A DNA stretch of 64,000 bases from Candidatus Latescibacterota bacterium (GCA_965198115.1 OZ240241.1:7104001-7168000), one strand, 5' to 3'. Numbered from the stretch's first letter, positions 51,850 to 62,527 are shown. A program made the numbers and translations. The notes: generated by a model from the letters alone, not told the origin.

Positions 51850-53269
51850 GGCTATATCCGGATCTCTCAACGAGATGAAGTGGGTGAAGGTGCCGTGGTT
51901 CCTGGCATGGGGGCGCGGTTAGCGTGTGCGGAACCTCTTCGGAATCTGCTCAGGGATGTTTATGTCTCCGACGGTAAGGAAGATCATATCGTTGAATGCG
52001 TCGAGTGTGCGGAATCCGCTGGCTCGGTTCTTGACGATTTGGACGATTCGGTTGAGGCCTTCGGCGATGGCGTTGGTAAGACGCGTGTTCACGAATGCGA
52101 GGACGCCGAAGAAGTGCTGTCGCAGGGTCCTGACGAACTTTCGCAGGGGTTCACGTCGACTTCTGAGTGCGGACGTCGTCCAGCATTTCAGGAAGCGTTC
52201 GGCAGCCCAGGGCGCTTTGTATTCCCAGAACTGCTCGAACTCGTCCTTGAGTCTCCAGGCTCTATAGATTCGGTAGTTCGCCTTCTCCAGTGCTTTGAGT
52301 GTCCGAGTATCCCCTCTGGAGCGTGTCGCTGAGTGCCGGTAGAGGAGCCATCGGAGGCCCTTCATGGCTTTGCGCTCATCCGGGGCAGCTTTACGCCACT
52401 GGTCCTTACGGACCTCGTCAACGGCGGCATTGAGAGCCTTGACGATGTGAAAGCGATCGAGGACCAGCTTGGCATTCGGACAGTGTTCCTGGATGGCTCC
52501 GATGTAAGCTTCGCTCATGTCGCAGCAGGCCCACTCGATCTTGGATCTCTGGTAGGGACTGAGAGCCTCTGTGAAGAACCGATCGATCGTTTTACGCGCC
52601 CTGCCGCGGCCAACCCACACCACGCAGGAGCGGTCCAGATCGTAAACGAGCGTGGCGTACCTGTGACGCTTGGCGTAGGAGATCTCGTCGATCCCGATGG
52701 TTTTGAGCCCTCGGATACGATGACCTTCACGAAGCCGCGTGATGGATCGGTGAAGGAGATCCGACAGCGTCGAGGCAGAGATGCGCAGTAACTCGGACGC
52801 CGCCTTCTGCGTCATGGTCTGGCAGTAGCGCAGCATGGCATACTCGAAGCGATACGTCACCCGAGAGAACCGCTCCGCCCACGGAATCTCCTCGACCACA
52901 CGACCGTGGGTAGGACACCGAATCTCCCGAGGATGGTAGAGAAGCCAGACCCTCCACCCGCACACCGGAATGTCACGCCACCGACGCGGATGGGGCATTG
53001 TGCGGACGATTTTACCTCGACGGCCGCACTCCGGACAACAACAACCATTCTTATGTGGCTTTACGGCGATGACGAAACAGCTTCTCCCCTCAAACCACCA
53101 GCTGACAACACGGAACCCCTTGAATCTCAGCAGTTTCGATAGTAATCTGCTCCCGGTCATAGGTCGCACCCCCTTCGCTTTGATTGTCCTACACACACAA
53201 CCAAGCGTAGGGAACGATCTATGACCTTGTCATTCTATAGTTTCACCGTTGAGAAACCCGGATAGAGCC
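51850..53269 (-). mobile_element. ISL3-family element, copy 2 (near-identical, inverted)
   Basis: Same IRs as copy 1; 8-bp direct repeat AAAAAATA at 51842-51849 and 53270-53277. Confidence 0.93.
51919..53196 (-). CDS. ISL3-family transposase
   Basis: 425 aa, differs from copy 1 at only a few residues. Confidence 0.94.
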   Translation of the reverse strand: MCRTIKAKGVRPMTGSRLLSKLLRFKGFRVVSWWFEGRSCFVIAVKPHKNGCCCPECGRRGKIVRTMPHPRRWRDIPVCGWRVWLLYHPREIRCPTHGRVVEEIPWAERFSRVTYRFEYAMLRYCQTMTQKAASELLRISASTLSDLLHRSITRLREGHRIRGLKTIGIDEISYAKRHRYATLVYDLDRSCVVWVGRGRARKTIDRFFTEALSPYQRSKIEWACCDMSEAYIGAIQEHCPNAKLVLDRFHIVKALNAAVDEVRKDQWRKAAPDERKAMKGLRWLLYRHSATRSRGDTRTLKALEKANYRIYRAWRLKDEFEQFWEYKAPWAAERFLKCWTTSALRSRREPLRKFVRTLRQHFFGVLAFVNTRLTNAIAEGLNRIVQIVKNRASGFRTLDAFNDMIFLTVGDINIPEQIPKRFRTR

Positions 53270-54065
53270 AAAAAATATCGGACGTGAATCAGCGAGTGTC
53301 CGCACAAGTGCATCGGATGCTGATGAAGCCCGAGAAAATCCTGGCGATCTGGCAGGAACAGTTCGATTCAGAAGGCGGAGAAGCGATGGCGCAGCGACTC
53401 GAAAGTCTGAAAAAGAAGAGGGACGGTCTTGCAGGACATGTTGAGCGAGCGGATTTTGCGTACGTATCTGGAACGCTGACGGGAAGCCGGTATCAAAAGC
53501 AAGTGGACAGGATCCAAGCAGAAGGCGTGCACCTGGATCAAGAGATTCATCAGATAACTGCCAAGCTGGATGCGCGCGAGGGGGCCGACGCACTTAAGGA
53601 TGGTCTCGCCCACGCGCTGACGTTTGCGGGCGATGGAATCCTCTCGCTAGTCGATGTCGACGATACGGTTCCATCTTTTCTCGTAAAGAATAGAAGCTAC
53701 TCAGAGGATCAGCTTAAGCAGTTTCGAATGCGCAAGGCCATCATCCACGCCTGTGTCGAGCGGATTCATCTACATCCGGGGGGTGAGATGGTCTTGGATT
53801 ACCGGGTGAATCCACGTAAACTCTCGGCAGCCTTTCTCTCTGTCGATGGGTTTGAACATCCAACTGGTACCAGACACCAAGACACCAAGAGAAGCGCGGA
53901 GGACGGGAGACAGTGGACGTCTCCAGAGCCAAGGCGACCAGTGGCCCGTAGAGGGTTGACGGTTGACAGTAGACGGAGACGGCTTCGCCTTTGTGGATAT
54001 TGACAATGAGGACAGTGACTGCGGCTTCGTCTGTTTGTGGTTCCTTAAGACTGTTTGAGGTTTGA

Positions 54066-55043
54066 ATGTATCGGTTGAGTAAGCCAGAGGGTGCGTATCA
54101 GGTTGTTCTCGAGGATGTGCCGGTTCCGGAGATCGCATCGACCGAGGTACTGATTCGGGCGGAGACGTCGTTGATCAGCAGAGGTTCCGAGATCTGGCGA
54201 CGGTATGTGCGGACCGAGGCGCTCGATCCGAAGGTTATGGGATATTCGATGGTGGGTTCGATCGTTGCGGTGGGGGCCAACGTCGAGGGCGACTATTCGA
54301 TGGGGGATCGGGTCGCATCGCTGTCGCCGCACGCAGAGTACGTCGTGGTAGAAGTCAACGGTGCAAGAAATCAGCCGCCCCTAGTCGTGCTGCCCAACGA
54401 CGTCTCTACTGAGGCGGGTACCTTTTGGCCGCTCGGCACCAGTTCGGTTATGTGGATGGACGAACTGGATGTGTCGGACGATACGGTCGTGTTCATGGGG
54501 CAAGGTTTGGTCGGTAGTGGATGTCTCCAGGCTCTTCGTGCTCGCTCGAAAGCCAGATTGGTCGCCGTGGACGCTATCCCCGCCCGGTGTGAACTGGCCG
54601 GTCGTCTGGGGGCGGACGTCGTGATCGATGTGTCGAAAGAAGATCCGGTTGAAGTGGTGAACGGCCAGACGGACGGAAAGGGTGCCGATTTTTCGATCTA
54701 TGCCGTCGGTGGGCGGTCGGGTCCGAGGGCGTTCGAGCAGGCCCTCGAATTGACGCGGCGCGGGGGGATGGTCCAGGTCATCGGTCTGTATGAGGATGAT
54801 CCGCTGCCGCTGGATTCCGGCAAGATCCAGGGCAAACGGATCCTGGGTGGCTACACGGATTCCTCTCGGCGACCCGAAGCATCCGATCGCTGCATCCAAT
54901 ACCTGGCCGAAGGACGGTTCTCCGTGGAGGAGATGGTCACGCATCGCTTTCCGTACCAGGAGGTAGCTGAAGCTTTCGATCTGCTTTACAATCGTTTGCA
55001 CGAAGCGATGGCCGTGTTGCTGCAGTGGCAGGTTGATCAGTGA
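54066..55043 (+). CDS. Medium-chain (zinc-type) dehydrogenase/reductase
   Basis: SLISRGSE, GYSMVG, GQGLVG, MVTHRFP. Confidence 0.85.
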   Translation: MYRLSKPEGAYQVVLEDVPVPEIASTEVLIRAETSLISRGSEIWRRYVRTEALDPKVMGYSMVGSIVAVGANVEGDYSMGDRVASLSPHAEYVVVEVNGARNQPPLVVLPNDVSTEAGTFWPLGTSSVMWMDELDVSDDTVVFMGQGLVGSGCLQALRARSKARLVAVDAIPARCELAGRLGADVVIDVSKEDPVEVVNGQTDGKGADFSIYAVGGRSGPRAFEQALELTRRGGMVQVIGLYEDDPLPLDSGKIQGKRILGGYTDSSRRPEASDRCIQYLAEGRFSVEEMVTHRFPYQEVAEAFDLLYNRLHEAMAVLLQWQVDQ

Positions 55044-55100
55044 AAAATGCAAAGTGACGAATGAAAATGGGATGCAGGGGACCGTGTTGATGGAGGCTGC

Positions 55101-55976
55101 ATGAGGAATGGGTTCTTCAAGGGGCACGGGTTGGGGAACGATTACATCGTGATGGATCCTCGCGATCTGGATTTCAAGCTGACACCCAAGAACATCCGTC
55201 TAATCTGTGATCGAAACTGGGGGATTGGGAGCGACGGGATTCTCACCCTCGAACGTTCGAAAGCGGCGCATTTTGGCTTTCGGATTTACAATCCCGACGG
55301 GAGTGAAGCGGAAAAATCGGGTAACGGGCTCCGCATCTTCGCGCGCTACCTTCACGCGACTCGGAAGACGAGGAGGAAGACGTTCACCGTGGATACAAAG
55401 GGCGGCCTAGTATCAATCGATCTTCAGGTGGATCGCTACGGTGACGCGAGTGCGGCGACGGTGGAAATGGGGCAGGCGACGTTCGCGCCGAAGGCATTGC
55501 CGTGCTCGTTGAAGGTCGACGAGCTGATCGAACAGCCCATCACTGCTGATAGGCAGAAGCTGACCTTCACGGGGGTGAGCGTGGGGAATCCTCATTGCGT
55601 CGTGTTCCGGCCAAGGGGGAAAAAGTGGTCACGGGAAGAATTGTTCACTCTGGGTCCGGAGCTCGAAAACCACAGGCTCTTTCCGCGACGAACGAACGTG
55701 CAGTTGGCGGTGCCGACGGGACCCCGCGAGATCTACATCCAGATCTGGGAGCGTGGGGCGGGTGAGACCCTGGCGTCGGGCTCGTCGTCGTGCGCGGCCG
55801 CGAGCGCGGCGGTCCGATTAGGACTGGTGAAATCACCCGTTCGAGTCAAAGCGCCGGGTGGCACGCTTAATATCGAGGTTGATGAGGACTACAACCTGAC
55901 GATGCGGGGACCCGTTGCCGAGGTGGGGCGCGGGCACCTGAGTGCGTCGCTCGTGAGGGAGTTGAATAGACGCTAA
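55101..55976 (+). CDS. dapF: Diaminopimelate epimerase family protein
   Basis: KGHGLGNDY, GIGSDG, NPDGSEAEKSGNG, VGNPHCV, WERGAGETLASGS; both catalytic positions read Ser rather than Cys. Confidence 0.88.
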   Translation: MRNGFFKGHGLGNDYIVMDPRDLDFKLTPKNIRLICDRNWGIGSDGILTLERSKAAHFGFRIYNPDGSEAEKSGNGLRIFARYLHATRKTRRKTFTVDTKGGLVSIDLQVDRYGDASAATVEMGQATFAPKALPCSLKVDELIEQPITADRQKLTFTGVSVGNPHCVVFRPRGKKWSREELFTLGPELENHRLFPRRTNVQLAVPTGPREIYIQIWERGAGETLASGSSSCAAASAAVRLGLVKSPVRVKAPGGTLNIEVDEDYNLTMRGPVAEVGRGHLSASLVRELNRR

Positions 55977-56226
55977 CCGCGAAGACTCGAAGATACCAAG
56001 AAAACCACAGCGTCCACGAAGACGCGAAGAATGAAGGGACCTGACCCAGTCGAAGAGGTGTCCACTGAGCGCCGGAAGTCGGCAACTAGAGATCAACCTG
56101 CACCCAGGCGGCTTTAACGAACCTTCGGTTGAGCGAGAGGAAATCGCGGCTGCGCTGCACGAAGCGTGGGTCCGGAAACTGCTCGTTTGGTGGGACCATT
56201 ACAACGAGGCTTACCTCGATAGCGCG

Positions 56227-57192
56227 TTGAGCAGACCGGTGATTGTGCTGTCGGAGGCGACACACACTCTCGGTCACTGGGACCGGTCGCGTCGGTCGAT
56301 TGCAATTTCGAGCACGCACATCGCCTCCCACGCTTGGGAAGACGTGCTCGACACGCTTCGTCACGAGATGGCGCACCAGTATGTGGACGATGTCCTTCGT
56401 CCGGCCGACGAGCCCGCACACGGATCCGCCTTCAGAGAGGCCTGTCACGAGCTCCGGTGTTCGCCTCTCGCATCTACAGATTCGGAGGTGTTGGGACAGC
56501 AGGACGATCGTACGCTGCGTGTTGTGAAGAAGCTTCTGTCGCTGGCGGACAGTCCGAACGAGCACGAGGCGCAGGTGGCCGTTCAGAAGGCGCACAGGTT
56601 GCTCGTGAAATACAACATCGATCTGGTGAATCTGGATGCAGAACGCCGGTTCGAATCGCGCATTCTTGGTGAGGTCAAGGGGCGACATACGTCGGCCGAG
56701 ATCTGGCTGAGTGCGATTCTGAATCGGTTTTTCTTTGTCGAGGCCATATGGTCTCAGAGCTATGACGCTGTTCGGGATCGACAGGGAACGCGTTTACAAA
56801 TCTTCGGTACGCCTCAGAATCTGGATATGGCGGAGTATGTCCACGCCTATCTGATCGGCCTGATGCCACGCCTTTGGGAAAGCTACCGAGAGATGGAAGG
56901 GATTCGGGGCAACCGCGAGCGACAACGCTACTACACTGGCGTGCTGGAGGGTTTCCACTCGAAGCTGACCGAGCAGGAACGCCGGCTAGAGCGTGAACAC
57001 GCGCTGGTCTGGACGGGTGATGCGGCACTAAAACATTACTATCGCTACATCAACCCGAATGTTCATACCAGATACGGTGGGGGTGGACGGCGAAACGATG
57101 TCTATGACGCAGGTGTGGAAGAGGGCCGAAACGTGGACATCCACCGGCCGGTCGGAGAGAAAGGGTCCGGGACGAAGGGGTTGCTGACGTAG
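56227..57192 (+). CDS. SprT-like zinc metalloprotease domain fused to DUF2786-like region (true start probably further upstream)
   Basis: LRHEMAHQY, HG..F, KKLLSLADSPNEHEA..A..KA..L..KYN; frame stays open upstream to about 56035. Confidence 0.82.
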   Translation: MSRPVIVLSEATHTLGHWDRSRRSIAISSTHIASHAWEDVLDTLRHEMAHQYVDDVLRPADEPAHGSAFREACHELRCSPLASTDSEVLGQQDDRTLRVVKKLLSLADSPNEHEAQVAVQKAHRLLVKYNIDLVNLDAERRFESRILGEVKGRHTSAEIWLSAILNRFFFVEAIWSQSYDAVRDRQGTRLQIFGTPQNLDMAEYVHAYLIGLMPRLWESYREMEGIRGNRERQRYYTGVLEGFHSKLTEQERRLEREHALVWTGDAALKHYYRYINPNVHTRYGGGGRRNDVYDAGVEEGRNVDIHRPVGEKGSGTKGLLT

Positions 57193-57255
57193 CAGCTTTG
57201 CGCCACACTCCCAGCAGGCGTCAAGTTCCTTCCCTTTCCGAAGGAGAACCAGGAT

Positions 57256-58368
57256 TCAGGAAACGCTGTACTTTTTGACGGTTTCTTCGTTAATGGTGAT
57301 GCCGAGCCCCGGAGCTTCAGGGACGTGAACGTGGCCATCGACAACCTCGAATACCTCGTTCGTGAGTTCGTGGCGGAGCGGGGATCCGGCCATGCAGAAT
57401 TCGAAAATGCTACCGTTCGGGCAGGCGGAGAGCGCGTGGAGTGAAGCGGCGATGGTGATACCACTCTTGAAGCTGTGGTTGACGACATTTCGGTGGTGGG
57501 CGTGGGCGAAGCGGCCGGCTTCGACAAAGGTGGAGATTCCGCAGCGGCCGGGATCTGGTTGTATCCAGTCGAGACCCCCGTCAGTGACAAGTCGCTGAAA
57601 GTCCTTGAGGCGTGATTCGGCTTCGCCCGTCGCGATGGGGACCGGGCTTTCGGCCGTCAGGTGGCTGTAGCCCTCCACATCCTCGGGATGTAGAGGTTCT
57701 TCGATCCAGAAGGGTCGAAACGGCAGGAACTGCTTCGCCCGCGTGTTCGCCGTCTTCCAGTCCCAGACCTGACCGGCGTCGATCAAGATGTCGACGTCTT
57801 CGCCGGCTCCAGCCCTTGCCTGTTCGACAAGAGCGGTATCGGTTGTCTCGTCTGTCCCCATCGGTCCCCAACCGAACTTGATGGCCGTGAATCCCTGGTC
57901 GGCGTGTCGTGCGGCGAGATCGTATGTCTCTTCGGGTGTGTCTCCGAACAGAATCGAACAATACGCACGGAATTTTGACTGGAGTGGGCCTCCGAGTAGC
58001 CGACTGATCGGTTGACCCACGGCCTTCCCCGCGATGTCCCAGAGGGCGATGTTGATCCCCGCCATGGCGTGGCTCCCCGCTCCGACGCGCCCGTAGTAGT
58101 TGGCGGCCTCATCCATCTTGAGCATACAGGCTTCGATGGCCAGCGGATCTTCTCCGACGAGGGCGTTGGCGAGACCGTTGCAGATCTGGTGAGACAGGGG
58201 AGCCTCGACGACGGCCTTTACGACGGTGGGGCACGAATCGACCTCGCCCCATCCGGTGATTCCTTCATCGGTGTCGATGCGAATCAGGCACGTGTCCTGC
58301 GTGCCGTCGCAGTCGGCGGTGACTTCGGGCAATCGTAGGACGGTGGCGGTGACGGATGTGATTTTCAC
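57256..58368 (-). CDS. Mandelate racemase/muconate lactonizing enzyme family protein
   Basis: GWGE, IALWDIAGK, IKFGW, LIDAG, WIEEP, IATGE, QPD; GTG start at 58368. Confidence 0.9.
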   Translation of the reverse strand: MKITSVTATVLRLPEVTADCDGTQDTCLIRIDTDEGITGWGEVDSCPTVVKAVVEAPLSHQICNGLANALVGEDPLAIEACMLKMDEAANYYGRVGAGSHAMAGINIALWDIAGKAVGQPISRLLGGPLQSKFRAYCSILFGDTPEETYDLAARHADQGFTAIKFGWGPMGTDETTDTALVEQARAGAGEDVDILIDAGQVWDWKTANTRAKQFLPFRPFWIEEPLHPEDVEGYSHLTAESPVPIATGEAESRLKDFQRLVTDGGLDWIQPDPGRCGISTFVEAGRFAHAHHRNVVNHSFKSGITIAASLHALSACPNGSIFEFCMAGSPLRHELTNEVFEVVDGHVHVPEAPGLGITINEETVKKYSVS

Positions 58369-58562
58369 GATTTGGCTCCCGAAGGGGCTCGAACAACCAA
58401 GACTCCAAGATAGGAACGTACGAACGTGTGTGCCATACTGTGGTCGTCGTGTCGAAGGGAAGTTGTAGAACCGGTTTGCCGGGTAGAGGCTGCGAGCACA
58501 TCTTGTTGAGCGCAACAACCCAACCAGAGATCATTGGACGTGCATTGACAGGGGTAGACGCT

Positions 58563-59315
58563 ATGTCTGTGATGGATGACTACAAGGTGAACTACGAACG
58601 GGACGGCGTGTTGCCGAAGGTCGGTGTGTTCAGCCAGGAGGAAATCGATCGTTACCGCGCCGATTTCGATGAGCTAGAGGCGCGGGAGGGCAAAGAGAAC
58701 TGCCAGATCGGTCTCCAGGGCCGGCACACGAGCGAGCGGTTCATCTGGGAGCTCGCGACCGACGATCGGGTTCTGGACGTGATGGAGGCCGTGGTGGGCG
58801 ATGACGTGATGCTGTTGTCGACGCACTTCTTCTGCAAGTACCCCGACAAGGATGCTCGATCCTTCGTGGCCTGGCATCAGGATACCACCTACTGGGGGCT
58901 CGAACCACCAGAAGCCCATACGGCTTGGATCGCGGTCGACGACAGCGATGTCGAAAACGGCTGTATGCGTGTGATTCCGGGTTCGCACGCGGACGGCATC
59001 GTGACCCACGAGAAGTCCGATCGGGACGGTAATCTTTTGAGCATCAATCAAGAGATTCCAGATGAGCTGGTGGACAACAGTTCGGCGCTCGATCTGGAAC
59101 TGAAGGCAGGTCAGATGTCGGTTCACCACGGTCAGATTTTCCACGCCAGTATGCCGAACGGCTCGAACCGCCGTCGCTGCGGGTTGACAGTTCGGTTCGT
59201 GCCGCCCTACGTCCAACAAGCCGAGTTGAACTCCCTGAAACAGAACTGGCAGCCGATCGTGGTTCGGGGGAAGGATTCGTATGGGAACTTCGAGGAGACG
59301 CCAGCACCGTTTTGA
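58563..59315 (+). CDS. Phytanoyl-CoA dioxygenase (PhyH) family 2OG-Fe(II) enzyme
   Basis: WHQD, NGCMRVIPGSH, HASMPN.S.RRR. Confidence 0.9.
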   Translation: MSVMDDYKVNYERDGVLPKVGVFSQEEIDRYRADFDELEAREGKENCQIGLQGRHTSERFIWELATDDRVLDVMEAVVGDDVMLLSTHFFCKYPDKDARSFVAWHQDTTYWGLEPPEAHTAWIAVDDSDVENGCMRVIPGSHADGIVTHEKSDRDGNLLSINQEIPDELVDNSSALDLELKAGQMSVHHGQIFHASMPNGSNRRRCGLTVRFVPPYVQQAELNSLKQNWQPIVVRGKDSYGNFEETPAPF

Positions 59316-59386
59316 GGATCGAACGTCGAGAACCGGGCTTGGAAGTCGAACCACCCATTCCGTTTTAGCTGAGTGAGGGGGGTGCA

Positions 59387-60454
59387 GTGGCGTTCGAGTG
59401 GCAGACGGATGATCCGGAAAACCAAGGCCTCGATCACGATCGATTGGCGGAGATGGAAACGGAGCTGGCCCGCCAGGGGACGAAGGGTTTCGTGGTCGCT
59501 CGGAACGATCGTGTTGTGTGGGAGTACTATGCCGAGGGCCACGGGTCGGATGTGAAGCATTATTCGGCGTCGCTGGCAAAGGCGCTCGTTGGAGGTACGT
59601 CCCTGATGTTCGCGATGGCCGACGGGCTGATCGACCCGGAAGACTGCACGTGTCGTTACGTACCCGAGTGGCAGGGCGATCCCACTCGTGAAGAGATTAC
59701 GATTCGTCACCTCGCGACCCACTCATCGGGTGTGCAGGACGCTGAGATTTATCAGAAGTCACACGAAGATCTGCCCGATTGGATGGGTGCTTTCTGGCGG
59801 CGTGAGCCCGATCCCTTCTCGATTTCGCGTGATCAGGCCCCCACGATCTTTCGTCCGGGAACGGATTACCACTACAGCAATCCGGGTATGGCGATGCTCG
59901 CCTACGCGGTCACGGCCAGTCTGAAGGATCAGCAGCACGGGGACATCCGGTCTCTCCTCCGGGCTCGACTGATGGAACCGCTTGGCATCGAAGACGGGGC
60001 GTGGTCCTGTGGCTACGGGCAGACTTTCGACGTCAACGGTCTTCCTCTGGTGGCGAATTGGGGTGGCGGCGGATTCACCGCACGGGCAGTTGCGTCGGTC
60101 GCGCGGTTGATGTTGCGCAGGGGGGATTGGGACGGAGAACGTGTGGTCGAATCCCGTTGGGTGGAGCGCGTTCTGGCCGATGCGGGTACGCCCGTGCCAC
60201 GACGACCAGACGGCAACTCGGCACCCGTCTGCGGGCTCGGCTGGTACACGAACGCCGACGGCAACTGGGTGAACGTGCCTCGGGATGCTTTTGCGGGCGC
60301 TGGCGCAGGCAATCAGGTCTTGATGGCGTCGCTTGAGTTGAACCTGATCCTGGTACGCAACGGGTCGCCCCTCGAACAGGGACCGGGCCGGGCGATGTCG
60401 TGGCGGAATGTCGAAAGGCATCTGTTCGATCCGCTGATGCAGGCCATTCACTGA
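59387..60454 (+). CDS. Serine hydrolase, beta-lactamase-related family
   Basis: SLAK, ITIRHLATHSSG, YHYSN, GAGAG.Q. Confidence 0.88.
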   Translation: MAFEWQTDDPENQGLDHDRLAEMETELARQGTKGFVVARNDRVVWEYYAEGHGSDVKHYSASLAKALVGGTSLMFAMADGLIDPEDCTCRYVPEWQGDPTREEITIRHLATHSSGVQDAEIYQKSHEDLPDWMGAFWRREPDPFSISRDQAPTIFRPGTDYHYSNPGMAMLAYAVTASLKDQQHGDIRSLLRARLMEPLGIEDGAWSCGYGQTFDVNGLPLVANWGGGGFTARAVASVARLMLRRGDWDGERVVESRWVERVLADAGTPVPRRPDGNSAPVCGLGWYTNADGNWVNVPRDAFAGAGAGNQVLMASLELNLILVRNGSPLEQGPGRAMSWRNVERHLFDPLMQAIH

Positions 60455-60482
60455 TGTCATACCACGTAAGCGGAGAGGACGC

Positions 60483-61414
60483 ATGGCGAAGCTGAGAGTC
60501 GTCGTCACCGGGGCGGCTGGGTATCTTGCCGGCCGCATGCTGCCTACGTTCAGAGAGCGCTACGATCTGACTCTGCTGGACGTGAAGACAACCAACCGCG
60601 AGGGCGAAGAGGTGGAGGGCGTCGTCGTTAGCGATCTGCTCGAGTCCGATCGAGATGCCTATCGATCGGACTTCGCAGGGGCCGATGTCGTGATGCACTG
60701 CGGTTTTACACGAGCCAGGATCGCGGAGGAGCCACCCGCACCAGCTTCCTCGTCGGGCAGTAGCGACATCCGTTTCCAGGGGCGCAGTGCGAATCGGGGG
60801 GGAGACGCGCGGTTCGAGTCCGAGATGGCGAACATCCGGATGACTTACAACGTCTATCAGACATGCGTCGAGGAAGGCGTCAGACGTGCCGTCGTGCTGA
60901 GCTCGAATCACGCGGCCGACTACTACGAGGTCCTCATCTGGAACAAGCAGATGGGGGGGCTCGTCACGCCAGACATGCCTGCGTATTCGGACAACTTCTA
61001 CGGATGGGCGAAAGTGCTTACGAGTCTCTAGGCTTTACCTATGCGACGGGCACGGTGTCGAACGGAAGGCCCCTCGAGGTCGTTCAGTTGCGTATTGGAG
61101 GGCCACGGGAAAGCGATGCAGAGAAATTCTCGCCGGATCGACCCGAGCAGATGCATCGCGGACTGGGGTGCTACCTGAGTCAACGAGATCAGACCCAACT
61201 GGCCGTGAAGAGTATCGAGACCGAAGACATTACGAACGAACTGGGAGTGCCATTCCAGATCTTCTACGGCATCAGCGACAACACACAGAAGTTCTGGGAT
61301 CTGTCGAATGCACGCAGGGTGATCGGATATGAACCGGAGGACGACAGTTCGGTGAAGTTCGGCGACAAGGTCGGTGAGGTATTGGACGCTGGACGAAAGC
61401 AGCGCTATCAGTGA
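60483..61414 (+). CDS. NAD-dependent epimerase/dehydratase (uronate-dehydrogenase-like SDR), frameshift near 61015
   Basis: VTGAAGYLA, SSNHA, YGWAK, then the C-terminus in ORF 60863-61414 parallels the neighbouring paralogue. Confidence 0.85.
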
Positions 61415-61467
61415 ACAGGTCGAGACGGAAAGTGCATAGAGACGGTGGCACGTAAACGGGGATAAGG

Positions 61468-62325
61468 ATGGCGAAGCGGAAAGTGGTCTTAACGGGGGCG
61501 TGTGGGCACGTGGCGGGCAGGATGCTGGATGCGCTGAGGGAGCGCTACGACCTAACGCTGATCGATATCAAGACCACGACGACTGACGGGGTTGAGGTCG
61601 GCGGCGTGGAAGTGGCGGACCTGCTTAATCGGGATCGCGATTCGTATCGAGCGCTGTTCAAGGGAGCCGACGCGGTCGTCCACAGCGGATTCAAAGGTAC
61701 GGTGAACCACCGTCACACGGACTTTTGGAAAGAGCACGACAACGTGATGATGTGCTACAACGTGTATCAGACGTGTCTGGAAGAGGGGGTGCGTCGTGTG
61801 GTGACGATGAGTTCCAATCACGCGGCGGATTTCTACGAGCCGCTGATCTGGGAGGACAGAATCGAGACCGTTCGTACGACCGACTATCCGCTGACAGACA
61901 ATTTTTACGGGTGGGGCAAGATCTCCTACGAGGCACTGGGGTTCGTGTTCGCGACGGGATCGATGAACGAGGGTCGGAGACTCGAGGGCGTGATGATCCG
62001 CATCGGGGCGCCCCGCGACAGCGGTTTCGAAGTTCCGCCGAAGGATCTCAAGAAACTTCATCGTTCACAGGGTGCTTACTTCAGCGCACGCGATCAGGCG
62101 CAGCTCGTGACCAGGAGCATCGAGACGGACGATATTTCGAACGAGCACGGTGTGCCATTTCAGATTTTCTACGGCATCAGCGACAACACGCATCGGTTCT
62201 GGGAGATTGCGAACGCACGGCGCGTCGTCGGGTACGCGCCGGAGGATGACAGCGCGGTGATGTTCGCAGCTCAGGTGGCGTCGGTGATGACGGAGGCGCA
62301 GAAGGCGGAGTATGGTAAGAACTGA
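61468..62325 (+). CDS. NAD-dependent epimerase/dehydratase, tandem paralogue
   Basis: LTGACGHVA, SSNHA, YGWGK, FQIFYGISDN. Confidence 0.88.
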   Translation: MAKRKVVLTGACGHVAGRMLDALRERYDLTLIDIKTTTTDGVEVGGVEVADLLNRDRDSYRALFKGADAVVHSGFKGTVNHRHTDFWKEHDNVMMCYNVYQTCLEEGVRRVVTMSSNHAADFYEPLIWEDRIETVRTTDYPLTDNFYGWGKISYEALGFVFATGSMNEGRRLEGVMIRIGAPRDSGFEVPPKDLKKLHRSQGAYFSARDQAQLVTRSIETDDISNEHGVPFQIFYGISDNTHRFWEIANARRVVGYAPEDDSAVMFAAQVASVMTEAQKAEYGKN

Positions 62326-62527
62326 AAAATCTGGACGGACCACACGGAATACACGGAAGGTGAGGTGGGGTTGAGGATTTGCGGCCCTATTCGGGGATTG
62401 GTTCGGGATGTGGGGAAGTTCGGGGTAGAGGAACGCGAAGACAGGAAGGCGCTAAGACGCGAAGAAAAGACAGCGAGGATACAGGGATGGCGATCCGGGG
62501 CCCCATAGATCTGGACAGGAGAGACGA

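Larger units (their letters stand above)
51583..53830 (+). pseudogene. C-terminal remnant of a large serine recombinase, interrupted by ISL3 copy 2
   Basis: PGIIDDATWQKAQ, YLL, RCGVC...YC...C zinc ribbon; across the IS the frame rejoins as QKISDVNQRV into a coiled coil and VERIHL tail; catalytic N-terminus absent. Confidence 0.65.

Noticed and set aside
51421-52332. 303-aa ORF as a novel membrane-zinc-finger fusion
   Set aside because: Chimera of a membrane-protein start, recombinase remnant and antisense ISL3 sequence
37058-53269. Composite transposon formed by the two inverted ISL3 copies
   Set aside because: Each copy has its own flanking direct repeat and each interrupted gene rejoins across it, so they are independent insertions
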